Source: Clostridium sp. CAG:343
GTDB lineage: Bacteria; Bacteroidota; Bacteroidia; Bacteroidales; Marinilabiliaceae
DNA: 64,000 nucleotides
Assembly (NCBI GenBank): GCA_963616565.1
Contig: CAVEKX010000005.1
Location: 12,127 to 76,126 of the forward strand
Direction: 5' to 3'
The translations under genes and the position numbers were made by a program. This document shows, piece after piece, positions 36,582-45,726 of this stretch (positions within the stretch are counted from its first letter, which is position 1; every line of letters begins with the position of its first letter). Under the pieces are notes generated by a model that was not told the DNA's origin, ran no database searches, and saw nothing but the letters and a program-made list of their open reading frames with translations.

Positions 36582-37049
36582 ATGAGCACCATAGCAATCA
36601 ACAGCCATGCTGAGCTTGAGGCCCTTGTAGGCAAGGAGCTTGGCGTGTCGGACTGGCACCAGTTCACCCAGGAGCAGATAAACCTTTTCGCCGACGCTAC
36701 GCTTGACCACCAGTGGATTCACGTCGACGTGGAGCGCGCAAAGAAGGAGTCGGCATTTGGCAACACGATAGCCCACGGCTATTTGACCCTCTCGATCCTT
36801 CCCCACCTGTGGGAGCAGATTGTCGACGTCCGCAACATCAAGGACCAGATCAACTACGGCATTGAGAACTTCCGTTACCAGCAGCCCGTCGTCGTCGGCA
36901 GCAAGGTACGCCTGCACGTCGTCGTACGCGAGGTCCTCAACCTGCGTGGCACGACCAAGGCCACGATGAGCGTCAAGTTGGAAATCGAGGGGCAGAAGAA
37001 GCCCGCCTACACAGGCGACATCGTCTTCCTCTACCACTTCAACGCTTAA
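36582..37049 (+). CDS. MaoC-like (R)-specific enoyl-CoA hydratase / hot-dog fold dehydratase
   Basis: 155 aa with FADATLDHQWIHVDVERAK and FGNTIAHGYLTLS, the hydratase-2 motif pattern. Confidence 0.85.
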   Translation: MSTIAINSHAELEALVGKELGVSDWHQFTQEQINLFADATLDHQWIHVDVERAKKESAFGNTIAHGYLTLSILPHLWEQIVDVRNIKDQINYGIENFRYQQPVVVGSKVRLHVVVREVLNLRGTTKATMSVKLEIEGQKKPAYTGDIVFLYHFNA

Positions 37050-37125
37050 GGACGAGAAGATATAAGGAAAAAAGGCGCGACCTTCAGTAATGAGGGTCGC
37101 GCCTTTTTTATGATGAAATTTGAAA

Positions 37126-37590
37126 CTACCTAAGACGGTCGAGGCTGCGGACGAGCGCCTCGTCATCGGAGATACGGCCGTAGGCGAGGAAATCCATGAT
37201 GGCGGCTATGAGAGGCAGAGCCCAACGTGCGCAGACGTGCCACTCGACATTCATGCCGTCGGCAATATTGACGCCAAGGTAGACGAGAACCGCGACGACG
37301 CAAACCTCGATACCTGCGGCAACGCCGACGAGGCGCATCTGGAGCGTGCGACGCTTGAAGAGGAAGAGAGCGACAACATTGAGGGCGAGCGCGATAGCGA
37401 TGACGGCAGCCAAGGGGACAAGCGAACGGACGAGCGGCTCGGCGGCCTCGGGTGTTACATCATAAACGCCGTCCCAATGTAACTCGATGAGACCTTGAGC
37501 GTTACTAAAAAAATCGATGGGCCAAACGATGATGGTGACGAGCAGAATGGCCGCAATGAGGATGAAGATGCTTTGAATTCTTTGTATCAT
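37126..37590 (-). CDS. DUF4293-like membrane protein
   Basis: Start at MIQRIQSIFILIAAILL (ATG 37590), supported by a -7 box 33 nt upstream. Four or five TM segments. Confidence 0.6.
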   Translation of the reverse strand: MIQRIQSIFILIAAILLVTIIVWPIDFFSNAQGLIELHWDGVYDVTPEAAEPLVRSLVPLAAVIAIALALNVVALFLFKRRTLQMRLVGVAAGIEVCVVAVLVYLGVNIADGMNVEWHVCARWALPLIAAIMDFLAYGRISDDEALVRSLDRLR

Positions 37591-37622
37591 ATAGAGATGG
37601 TGTATCTGGTTAACAGGACGAA

Positions 37623-37630
37623 CAAAAGTA
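37623..37630 (-). promoter_or_regulatory. Candidate -7 box (TACTTTTG on the - strand)
   Basis: The + strand reads caaaagta, 33 nt upstream of the ATG at 37590. Confidence 0.35.
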
Positions 37631-37771
37631 GCACAAAAAAGGGGCAAGGGCGGTTGGAGAGGGAGTTTTTTTACAGCTGGGGAAAATAAATACAGTAGGA
37701 AAAATGTTTAACTTAGGGCTTATAATACCCCCTACCTATAATCCGCCCTCAATAAAACATAACATAACATA

Positions 37772-40408
37772 TTGATGTTGAAGACTTTTCATGTCAATTA
37801 CAAGACCGAGAACGGTGATTCTGTGCTGATAGAGACACGCGAAGGGATGGACTCCCCGATTGTCATGGCAGAGATGAAATCGGACTCGGAAGGAAATTGT
37901 GAATATGAGAGTCGCGTGTCCGGCTTCTTCGAGTACCGATATGCGGTAAAGATGCGCGACGGGATGATAGAGGAGCGCCACTGGCGTTACTCACCGAGCG
38001 TGAAAGGCGACGTCGAAGTGTTCGACACATGGCGCAGCCCCGAAAGCGGGGAGGACGCATTGGCGGCATCGGCTTTCAGCAGCGCGGTATTCTTGCCCGA
38101 CGAGGAGGCGACCCCAAAAGCCACGAAACAAGGCTCGCTGATTGTGGTCTTGACCGAGCCGCGCGTCGGCAAGGACGAGGAGATACGCGTCGTGTCGAAG
38201 CAGTTTGTGAATTGGAACACGGAGCGCGCGATGAAGATGCAGCACTGCAAAGGCTTCACGTGGGTTCTGGATCTTGGCGCAATGCCGATATTGAAGGAGT
38301 TCGAGTTCAAATTCTGCATCTGGGACACAAAGAACGATTGCTTCAAGCGATATGAGGAGGGACAGAACCACCTCATCAAGACATGCGCAGGCAAGACCCT
38401 CGTTTACACGTATAACGGATTCAACTATGGCGACTTATGGAGGGCGGCAGGCGTAGCCGTGCCAATCTTCTCGCTCAGGAGCCATAAGAGCCGCGGCTGT
38501 GGCGAGTTCCTGGACTTGAAGCCGTTGGCAGACTGGTGCGAGCAGTCGCATCTGCGCGTGATCCAATTGTTGCCGATAAACGACACGACGGCGTTGCGCA
38601 AATGGCGCGACTCATATCCTTACAACGCGATATCCATCATGGCGTTGCACCCGAGCTACATATCGGTCGACGAGGTGTACGCATTTTACGGCAAGAGGAT
38701 GAACTCCTTGGAGCGCGAGAACGGACTGTACCTGAACGACACGGTGTCGGTGGAGTACAACCGCACGCGCGACTGGAAGGACAGGAACCTGCGCGCCATA
38801 TTCAAGGACGTGGCAGACGAGTTCGCCAAGGCGAAAGAGACGAAGGCGTATATGACCGCCAACGCCGGCTGGCTATGTGACTACGCGGCATTCGCCACGC
38901 TGCGCGACAAATATGGCACACCGAACTTCCGCCTGTGGCCAGAGCACAGCACATATGACAAAGAGACGGTGGAGCAGATGTTCAGCCCCGAGAGCGAGAG
39001 CTACGGGGAGGTCATGTACCGCGTCTTCTTGCAATACCACTTGGAGAGGCAGCTGCGCGAGGCCATCGAGTACGTCCATAAGAAGGGCGTGGCCATCAAA
39101 GGTGACCTGCCCATTGGCATAAACCCCCACTCCGTCGAGGCGTGGACAGAGCCCGAGCTATTCAACTTCGGGCTTCAGGCCGGCGCTCCGCCCGACTACT
39201 TCTCGCGCGACGGACAGAACTGGGGATTCCCGACGTACCGCTGGGACGTCATGGCAAAAGACGGCTATAACTGGTGGGAGAGGAGGATGCAGAGGATGCA
39301 GATGTTCTTTGACGCCTTCCGCATTGACCATATCTTGGGATTCTTCAGGATATGGGCCATCCCCTACCCTTTCAAGAGCGGCCTTATGGGCGTCTTCTCG
39401 CCCTCGTTGCCACTTAGCGACAAAGAGCTGAGAGACAGGGGAATAGAGACCCCGGCTAAGGAGTTGGCATGGCCATCGATAACAGAGGACTTCTTGCAGA
39501 AACAGTTCCAAGAGTACGCTGAGCAGGCCAAGCAGTTCTTCGACTTCCGCGCCGGCATCCACAGGCTGAAAGATGGGTATTTCGACCCGTCGAAGTTCGA
39601 CACATGGATTGAGGAGAAGGTTGACCCGAACGCCCGCGAGAGGATGCGCACGGCGGTATCCAACGTGCTGCACGAGGTTCTGCTGGTCTCGGTCAAAGAG
39701 GGCGAATGGCAGCCACGCATCATGCTGGAGGAGACGGACAGATTCCGTCGCCTGCCCGATGGCGAGCGTGAGGCCATGAGGAACATATACAACGACTTCT
39801 TCTACTCACGACATAACGAATTTTGGAAGAAATGCGCCGAGGAGCGACTTGGCGCGATGCTGAAGAAATGCGGCATGCTGGTATGCGGTGAGGATCTTGG
39901 AATGATACCCGCCACGGTACCTATCGTGATGCAACGTCTTCAGATCTTGTCGCTTGAGCTTCAGCGCATGCCGAAAGAGAGCTGGCAGAGATTCGGAACA
40001 CCGTCATACTACCCATACCTGTCGGTTTGCGCTACGTCGAGCCACGACATAGCCCCAATCCGCGGATGGTGGGAAGAGGACAGGAAAGATGTCGAATGGT
40101 ACTATAACAACATGATGCACCGCGGCGGCGAGGCACCCAAGGTTGCCAATGGCGATATTGTGACGAACATAATCTGTCAGAACCTGCAAGCCCCGTCGAT
40201 GCTGTGTATCAACCCGATACAGGATTACGCGGGAATGCTGGACGACGTGCCACACTTGTTGCCATTTGAGGAGCGCATCAACGTCCCGAGCAACTTGCAG
40301 CAGCACTGGTGCTACCGCATCCCGTTCTGCGTAGACGACCTGACGACAGTATTCGCCCGACTGGGAAAGAAGCTGGCGGATTGCGTCGACGCCTCGGGCA
40401 GAAAATAG
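37772..40408 (+). CDS. malQ: 4-alpha-glucanotransferase (GH77) with an N-terminal starch-binding-like domain
   Basis: 878 aa with RIDHILGFFRIW, VCGEDLGMIP and ATSSHD. The N-terminal beta-rich region of about 110 aa (FHVNYKTENGDSVLI) resembles CBM20. Confidence 0.9.
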   Translation: MMLKTFHVNYKTENGDSVLIETREGMDSPIVMAEMKSDSEGNCEYESRVSGFFEYRYAVKMRDGMIEERHWRYSPSVKGDVEVFDTWRSPESGEDALAASAFSSAVFLPDEEATPKATKQGSLIVVLTEPRVGKDEEIRVVSKQFVNWNTERAMKMQHCKGFTWVLDLGAMPILKEFEFKFCIWDTKNDCFKRYEEGQNHLIKTCAGKTLVYTYNGFNYGDLWRAAGVAVPIFSLRSHKSRGCGEFLDLKPLADWCEQSHLRVIQLLPINDTTALRKWRDSYPYNAISIMALHPSYISVDEVYAFYGKRMNSLERENGLYLNDTVSVEYNRTRDWKDRNLRAIFKDVADEFAKAKETKAYMTANAGWLCDYAAFATLRDKYGTPNFRLWPEHSTYDKETVEQMFSPESESYGEVMYRVFLQYHLERQLREAIEYVHKKGVAIKGDLPIGINPHSVEAWTEPELFNFGLQAGAPPDYFSRDGQNWGFPTYRWDVMAKDGYNWWERRMQRMQMFFDAFRIDHILGFFRIWAIPYPFKSGLMGVFSPSLPLSDKELRDRGIETPAKELAWPSITEDFLQKQFQEYAEQAKQFFDFRAGIHRLKDGYFDPSKFDTWIEEKVDPNARERMRTAVSNVLHEVLLVSVKEGEWQPRIMLEETDRFRRLPDGEREAMRNIYNDFFYSRHNEFWKKCAEERLGAMLKKCGMLVCGEDLGMIPATVPIVMQRLQILSLELQRMPKESWQRFGTPSYYPYLSVCATSSHDIAPIRGWWEEDRKDVEWYYNNMMHRGGEAPKVANGDIVTNIICQNLQAPSMLCINPIQDYAGMLDDVPHLLPFEERINVPSNLQQHWCYRIPFCVDDLTTVFARLGKKLADCVDASGRK

Positions 40409-40414
40409 AAAAAG

Positions 40415-40900
40415 ATGAAAGAACACGAAGTAGTTGTCAAAACCACAATAACGCCATCGGCGGCTGAGACGACGGCAGAGACGCAGATGCTGCTTGACGC
40501 GGCTCGCGAGATTGCGCACAACGCCTACGCCCCCTACTCGAGGTTCAGGGTCGGCGCGGCCGCCCTGCTTGACAACGGAGAGGTCATAACCGGCTGCAAC
40601 CAAGAGAACGCCGCATACCCGTCGGGGCTTTGCGCCGAGAGGGTGACTGTGTTTTACGCCAACGCCCATTACCCGAAGTCCCGTATCGTGAGGCTGATGA
40701 TATATGCCGAGACGGACAACGGGCCAGTGAGCCAGCCCATCACCCCATGCGCGGCATGCCGCCAAGTACTTCTTGAAAAAGAGAGCATCCAGGGGGCTCC
40801 TATACGGGTATCGTTGGCCGGTGCGGACTCGATATATAACATAGGGTCGATAGGCGACCTTGTGCCACTATCGTTCGTTCCTGACAGCTTGGAAGGTTAA
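40415..40900 (+). CDS. cdd: Cytidine deaminase
   Basis: 161 aa with the zinc motifs CAERV and PCAACRQ. Confidence 0.9.
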   Translation: MKEHEVVVKTTITPSAAETTAETQMLLDAAREIAHNAYAPYSRFRVGAAALLDNGEVITGCNQENAAYPSGLCAERVTVFYANAHYPKSRIVRLMIYAETDNGPVSQPITPCAACRQVLLEKESIQGAPIRVSLAGADSIYNIGSIGDLVPLSFVPDSLEG

Positions 40901-40928
40901 GTTCTCCCTACACTTCGCGAAAGGCATT

Positions 40929-40973
40929 GACGCCCTTCTCTCCGAAAGAGGAGAGGAGGGCGTCGGTGTTTTT
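40929..40973 (+). terminator. Rho-independent terminator of cdd
   Basis: 15-bp stem gacgcccttctctcc / ggagaggagggcgtc (one G-U pair), followed by GGTGTTTTT. Confidence 0.7.
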
Positions 40974-41077
40974 AATCATGCTTTGCGTTGGGAAATATAG
41001 ATGTGGGTGGCGCGATGGACGTGAGATAGGGATACGAAAAAAGCGTCCCACCATGAGGTTGAACGCTTAGAGTTTGT

Positions 41078-41153
41078 TGGCACGGGTGGAGCGACTCGAA
41101 CGCCCGACACTCGGTTTTGGAGACCGATGCTCTACCAACTGAACTACACCCGT
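41078..41153 (-). tRNA. trnW: tRNA-Trp (anticodon CCA), CCA-3' encoded
   Basis: The - strand reads ACGGGTG-TA-GTTCAGTTGGTAGAGC...TCGGT-CTCCAAA-ACCGA...GGGCGTTCGAGTCGCTC-CACCCGT-G-CCA. This gives a 7-bp acceptor stem, D, anticodon and T arms, and a CTCCAAA loop. Confidence 0.9.
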
Positions 41154-41173
41154 GTGTGTCTCTTTTGACGATG

Positions 41174-41181
41174 CAAAGGTA
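41174..41181 (-). promoter_or_regulatory. Candidate -7 box for tRNA-Trp (TACCTTTG on the - strand)
   Basis: The + strand reads caaaggta, 21 nt upstream of the mature tRNA 5' end. Confidence 0.35.
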
Positions 41182-41264
41182 GAACATTATTTTTAATTTG
41201 GCAACAATCGGCGAGATGATTTTGATGTTGGGAGAAGACAGACGCGGGCGCAATCAGTGTTTCG

Positions 41265-41309
41265 GGAAAATAGAATTGGCTCGCCATGCTTTGCGTGGCG
41301 AGCCAATTC
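41265..41309 (-). terminator. Rho-independent terminator at the end of the PUL
   Basis: 14-bp perfect stem gaattggctcgcca / tggcgagccaattc. On the - strand it is followed by TATTTTCCC. Confidence 0.65.
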
Positions 41310-41337
41310 AAATCGAGGTTGCTTTGGGGGGCTACTC

Positions 41338-42165
41338 TTATTGGGCGAAGAAGGAATATGAGCCGTCGATATCGTTGAAGATGACGAGCCACGTACCTTC
41401 TGGGATTTGTAAATTATTGCCGTTGCGGACTCCTACGCCATAGGGGAATGCCTCGGCACCCCAATTGACATCCCAGGTGTCTGCAATCTTAAATTTTGCA
41501 TAGGATCCGCCTTCGGGGATAGTGATTATGGCCTTCCAAAGGTGGTTATGACCGCTCATGGAGGCAGCCGTGGAGACAGGAGACAAGTTCAAGTTATCCC
41601 ATGAGTTGAAATCGCCGGCGAGGCATATTTGCGAGTAGCCAGTAGGCGTCGAGGAGAAGGGGTAGATCGCGATGGCGTCGGAGCTGGTGGAAGTGGTGTT
41701 GAGAACCACGGAGTAGTAGCCGTCGGAGGAGACTGTAATGTTCTCGGCACCTGTGTTTTGGTAGGTGTAGGAGCCGTCGACGACACCCCATTGCTCAGCC
41801 CAGTAGCCAGGGGTCGTGATGATCTTGAAGCCAATGCCATCGGCTACAAAATAGCCGTTGAAGACGAGCGAGCACTCGCCTTGGGCATTGTATTCGGCAC
41901 CTGACATGACCGACATCGGAACGAGCGACACACCGACACTTGCGTTGGTGTTGTCCCAGCTGCCATCGCCGATACAAGAGCCGACGAGGTACATCATCTT
42001 GGCATGCTTAGATGTTGGAGCCACGAGGGAGACGCTGTCTGGCAGGCTGTTTTTGATAGTGAAAACGGCTTCACCGTCCTTGTAGACGTAGAACTGAGCG
42101 GAGGAGTCGGTGGAGAAAGACGCTGCGAGGGAGAGCGCAAGGAAAGATAGTAGTATGTTTTTCAT
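41338..42165 (-). CDS. Secreted SusE/SusF-like carbohydrate-binding protein
   Basis: 275 aa with a signal peptide. The C-terminus FKIADTWDVNWGAEAFPYGVGVRNGNNLQIPEGTWLVIFNDIDGSYSF resembles the SusE/F starch-binding-type CBM pattern. Confidence 0.5.
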   Translation of the reverse strand: MKNILLSFLALSLAASFSTDSSAQFYVYKDGEAVFTIKNSLPDSVSLVAPTSKHAKMMYLVGSCIGDGSWDNTNASVGVSLVPMSVMSGAEYNAQGECSLVFNGYFVADGIGFKIITTPGYWAEQWGVVDGSYTYQNTGAENITVSSDGYYSVVLNTTSTSSDAIAIYPFSSTPTGYSQICLAGDFNSWDNLNLSPVSTAASMSGHNHLWKAIITIPEGGSYAKFKIADTWDVNWGAEAFPYGVGVRNGNNLQIPEGTWLVIFNDIDGSYSFFAQ

Positions 42166-42345
42166 ACTAAGAACTTTGAAAGTTGGCTTGGGGTTGTTAA
42201 AGTTATGTATTTTCTCTAAACGAACAGTTAACGGAGGAGTGGTTTAACATTTAGGGGGGAAAATGGATTTTGAGACGCAGGCAAAAAGAAAGCCCGCCTT
42301 TGTTGGGAAAGGCGGGCTTCATTTGGCGTAGGAAGAATGATGTTT

Positions 42346-43905
42346 TTAGAAGGGGTATTGCCCTTGCGAAGCACCCTCCATGATGCCGTCGATGGCATAT
42401 TGGTTCTTGGCGGTGCCGTCGGTACGGTTGATCTCGGAACCTGTCTCCCAATAGAACGGGGCGCAACCATTGTCTTTAGCGACCTTGGTGACATACTGGT
42501 TGTAGTAGGCGCGGCTCCTCTTGTGGAGGTCTTGGTCGAGGGCCTCGTCGGAGTCGGGACCATAGGTCAGGATTCGTGAGGAAAACTCGCCAATGATGAC
42601 GGGGATGCCATTGTCGACGAACTTGGCTTTCATCTTGGCCATCTGGGAGTCGACGTGGCTCTCCTCGCCCCACGTGGGGTTGTGGGCGGAGCCGTCCTTG
42701 TGGTTATCCTTGCCCCAGTAGTAGAAAGTATTGCCCCAGCTTGCGTCCTCGGTCATGAGGGCCCACTGGTAAGGCTCGTAGAAGTGAACCTCGGCGATGA
42801 GACGGTTCTCGACTTTGTCGGTCGGGAGAGTAGTCATGTATTTGCTGGTAGATGAGATGTCGGCGCCGAGCCCTTGGAAGATGAGGCAGCGGAGAGCGTT
42901 GTTGCCGCCAGTGGCGCGAACGGCGTCGATGAAGGCCTGCTCATAGGAGATGAGGCGCGTGATGGCATCGGGGCCTCCTTCTTCGCGTTCACCCCATTTT
43001 TCGGAATGGCCGCTTGTCTCGTTCATGCCCGGCTCGTTGGCGCCAGCGAAGATGAGATGCTCGTCGAACTCGTTGAAATAATTGGCGATCTGAGTCCAGA
43101 TTGCTGTCTGCTCATTGAGGATGTCTCTGCGCACGCTTAAGAGGAAGATATTGTCCTCGAGCCAGCCGGTATCCCAGTGGCTGTTGAGGACTACGTACAT
43201 ATCATTGTCGACGCAGTAGGAGACGACAGTCTTGACGCGCTCGAGCCACTTGGGGCTGATGGTGTAGGTCTCGTCGGCGAGATTGAGGATGTGGGAGTGC
43301 CATGCGCAAGGGATGCGGACAGCATTGAAACCGAGGGCTTTGAGACCCTTGATGTAATCCTCGTTGACGAGAGGGTTACCCCACGCCGTCTCGGCCGTCT
43401 CATCATTGGAGTTGTTGCACTCCATGGTGTTGCCGATGTTGATGCCAGCGTATATTTTGGAGATGAGAGTCTTGGCATCGGAAGCCATGGCCTCCTCTGT
43501 TGTGACGTAACGCTCTTGAGTGGCATTGATGACGATGTCGTCCTCATAGCCTTTGGCAGAGAAAGTCACGGTGGCGGTGCGCACCTCGGTAGAGGAATTG
43601 GCGGCAGCCTTGACGGCATAGGAGCGGACACCGGCAGAGGAAGAGCTCTGCGAGACCGTCAGCCAGCTTTCGGAAGAGACGACCTCCACCTCGATGGTGG
43701 CAGTCGGGACATTGAAAGAGACAGTCTGCGAGCCACCTTTATTAGTGAAACTGAGGGAAGTTGACTGTCCATCGACAAGTGTAATGCCAGAGCCTGCGAC
43801 GTTGCCACCATTATCGGGGTCGTCATTAGAGCTATCTGAGCAACCGAAGCACGAGGCGATGGAAAGTGCGCCACAAAGGAGCGCAGCGAAGAGTTTATGC
43901 CTCAT
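42346..43905 (-). CDS. Lipoprotein glycoside hydrolase family 5 (GH5_4-like endo-beta-glucanase) with an N-terminal BACON-like domain
   Basis: 519 aa with lipobox SIASC. ETAWGNPLVN..GFNAVRIPCAW, VLNSHWD, FAGANEPG (acid/base Glu) and VIIGEFS (nucleophile Glu). Confidence 0.85.
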   Translation of the reverse strand: MRHKLFAALLCGALSIASCFGCSDSSNDDPDNGGNVAGSGITLVDGQSTSLSFTNKGGSQTVSFNVPTATIEVEVVSSESWLTVSQSSSSAGVRSYAVKAAANSSTEVRTATVTFSAKGYEDDIVINATQERYVTTEEAMASDAKTLISKIYAGINIGNTMECNNSNDETAETAWGNPLVNEDYIKGLKALGFNAVRIPCAWHSHILNLADETYTISPKWLERVKTVVSYCVDNDMYVVLNSHWDTGWLEDNIFLLSVRRDILNEQTAIWTQIANYFNEFDEHLIFAGANEPGMNETSGHSEKWGEREEGGPDAITRLISYEQAFIDAVRATGGNNALRCLIFQGLGADISSTSKYMTTLPTDKVENRLIAEVHFYEPYQWALMTEDASWGNTFYYWGKDNHKDGSAHNPTWGEESHVDSQMAKMKAKFVDNGIPVIIGEFSSRILTYGPDSDEALDQDLHKRSRAYYNQYVTKVAKDNGCAPFYWETGSEINRTDGTAKNQYAIDGIMEGASQGQYPF

Positions 43906-43928
43906 GAGATTATTGATTTTCGGGGGTA

Positions 43929-45473
43929 TTAATCCTCGATTTTAGCGTTATTGTAGACACTCTCGAGAGTGTAGGAGGCGTCGGTATTCTCGATGGCGTT
44001 GACCATGACCTTAACGACCTCCTCACCATCATTCAAGTACTCACCTGTAGAGTGGTCGAAGAGGCCCGACTGCTCCTTGCCCGTGCCTGTGCCTCCGTTG
44101 TCCCAAAAGATTGGGGCGATACCATAGGTCTTGGCGGCTTTGCAGAAATACTCGAGATAGTACTTGCGGAAAGACTCGGCACGATTGGTGGCGCGACGTA
44201 CGCATCCGATCTCGCCGATATAGACGGGGATGCCGTTGTCGACGAACTTTTCTTTGAGCTGCGCGAAGGTGGAGGTTATGACCTTCTCCTCGTTTGAGCC
44301 GTTGGTGGTGTCGCCTTTGGACTTGTCGGCGAGGTGACCCCAAGCGTTGTATTTGTCATTGAGAGTGTACTCGTAGGGGTCGTAGTCGTGGACGGCCACC
44401 ATGACGCGGTTGGCCTCATCGGTCGGGACAGTGAGGTAGTTTATGGTGAGGTCGGGGTTGGCACAATAGCCAGGGACGCTGAGCCATCGGGTGGCGTTCT
44501 TTCCACCTGTTGCGCGGACGGCATCGACAAAGACTTGGTTCCACTCATTGAGGATGCCATATTGCTTGTTGCCGTCGGTGCGGTTGGAGCCCCAGCCCCA
44601 TCCACCATCGTGGATCTCATTCATGGCCTCGAAGATGAGGAAGTCGCCCTTGTCGGCAAACTTATTGGCGATTTGCGTCCACATTGCTTTGAGCTGCGCC
44701 TTGATGCGGGTATTGGCGTTGTTGCTGTTTGCGGCATCCTTGATGTTGAGCCAATATTGACTATCCGCACCATCGTGGTGGATGTTGATGATGGCGTGGA
44801 GGCCAGCGTTCTCGGCATAGGAGACGACCTCGGCGACGCGGTCGAGCCAAGCGGACTCGATGGTGTAGGAGGGCTCGTCGCCGACGTGTCCGAGCCAGGT
44901 GACAGGAATTCGCACGGTACGGATGCCAGCGGCATAGAGGGCATCCATGGTGGCTTGGGTGGCAGCTTTGTTGCCCCATGCGGTCTCACTGGCGACACCA
45001 TTGTTGTGGCTATCTAACTGATTGCCGAGATTCCATCCCATGCCCATCTGTGAGATGATGGAGTCATCGTCATCATCGGGGACGGCAACACCTTTCTGTG
45101 AGACGTTGATGGCGACGGTGACTGTCCCACAGGCTATTGTTATGGAGGCAGCACGATCGTCGGTCGTGGTATTGGCTGTGGTAGAGGCCGTGAGGGTGTA
45201 GTAGCCGTCGCCCTGGTCATTGACGCTTGTTACGGAGACCCAGTCGGCATTGGTCGTGACGGTTGGCTCGCCCGAGGACTTGAACGTGGCGGAGATGGTC
45301 TGCGAGCCGTCGGTATTGGTCACAATCGTGGCTTCACCTACGAGGCTGACGGAGTCGGTCACCTTCTCTGTTTCTGAGCCGCTATCGTCCTTGCAAGAAG
45401 AGGTCAGGACGGGAGCGAGGAGCAGCGAAGAGACCATCATTATGGTTTTAAGCAAATTGGTATGATTGTTCAT
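43929..45473 (-). CDS. Lipoprotein glycoside hydrolase family 5 (GH5_4-like) with an N-terminal BACON-like domain
   Basis: Start at MNNHTNLLK (ATG 45473) with lipobox LTSSC. GMGWNLGNQLD, ETAWGNKAAT, VRIPVTW, NIHHD, FEAMNEI (acid/base) and VYIGEIG (nucleophile). Confidence 0.85.
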   Translation of the reverse strand: MNNHTNLLKTIMMVSSLLLAPVLTSSCKDDSGSETEKVTDSVSLVGEATIVTNTDGSQTISATFKSSGEPTVTTNADWVSVTSVNDQGDGYYTLTASTTANTTTDDRAASITIACGTVTVAINVSQKGVAVPDDDDDSIISQMGMGWNLGNQLDSHNNGVASETAWGNKAATQATMDALYAAGIRTVRIPVTWLGHVGDEPSYTIESAWLDRVAEVVSYAENAGLHAIINIHHDGADSQYWLNIKDAANSNNANTRIKAQLKAMWTQIANKFADKGDFLIFEAMNEIHDGGWGWGSNRTDGNKQYGILNEWNQVFVDAVRATGGKNATRWLSVPGYCANPDLTINYLTVPTDEANRVMVAVHDYDPYEYTLNDKYNAWGHLADKSKGDTTNGSNEEKVITSTFAQLKEKFVDNGIPVYIGEIGCVRRATNRAESFRKYYLEYFCKAAKTYGIAPIFWDNGGTGTGKEQSGLFDHSTGEYLNDGEEVVKVMVNAIENTDASYTLESVYNNAKIED

Positions 45474-45500
45474 TGTTTTGTTAAAATAGTTTTCTGTATG

Positions 45501-45508
45501 CAAAGATA
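45501..45508 (-). promoter_or_regulatory. Candidate internal -7 box (TATCTTTG on the - strand) ahead of the GH5 genes
   Basis: The + strand reads caaagata, 28 nt upstream of the ATG at 45473. Confidence 0.35.
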
Positions 45509-45624
45509 AGAAGAGGGTGTGAGAAGATGACGTTAATATGTTTTGTGAAAGGGATTGTTTGGTTAATGCGACAGAGATGGAGGCGGAAGAGAAAGGAAGG
45601 CACACGCAGAGGTGGCGCACGGGC

Positions 45625-45669
45625 ATAAAGAAAGCCCCGGCGAGACTTGAAGAAGGTCTCTGCCGGGGC
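45625..45669 (-). terminator. Hairpin plus T-rich tail after the 891-aa lipoprotein gene
   Basis: gccccggcgagac / gtctc(t)gccggggc stem with one bulge. On the - strand it is followed by TTTCTTTATG. Confidence 0.55.
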
Positions 45670-45726
45670 GGTATCGTGATGTTGGGGAATGGAAGATAAA
45701 CTTACAATCCCACTGATGTCACAAGA

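Noticed and set aside
37772-40408. The large size of MalQ (878 aa) as a possible novel fusion.
   Set aside because: As far as I recall, long GH77 4-alpha-glucanotransferases with an N-terminal starch-binding-type domain are the normal form in Bacteroidota, so this is not unusual.
40972-41253. 93-aa ORF on the - strand and other small ORFs around 41.0-41.4 kb.
   Set aside because: The ORF runs straight through the tRNA-Trp gene (41078-41153) and its promoter, so it is not a plausible protein.
41078-41337. tRNA-Trp next to the PUL as a possible integration site of a genomic island.
   Set aside because: No integrase, excisionase or direct repeat of the tRNA 3' end was seen on either side within the window. 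The PUL has host-like composition.
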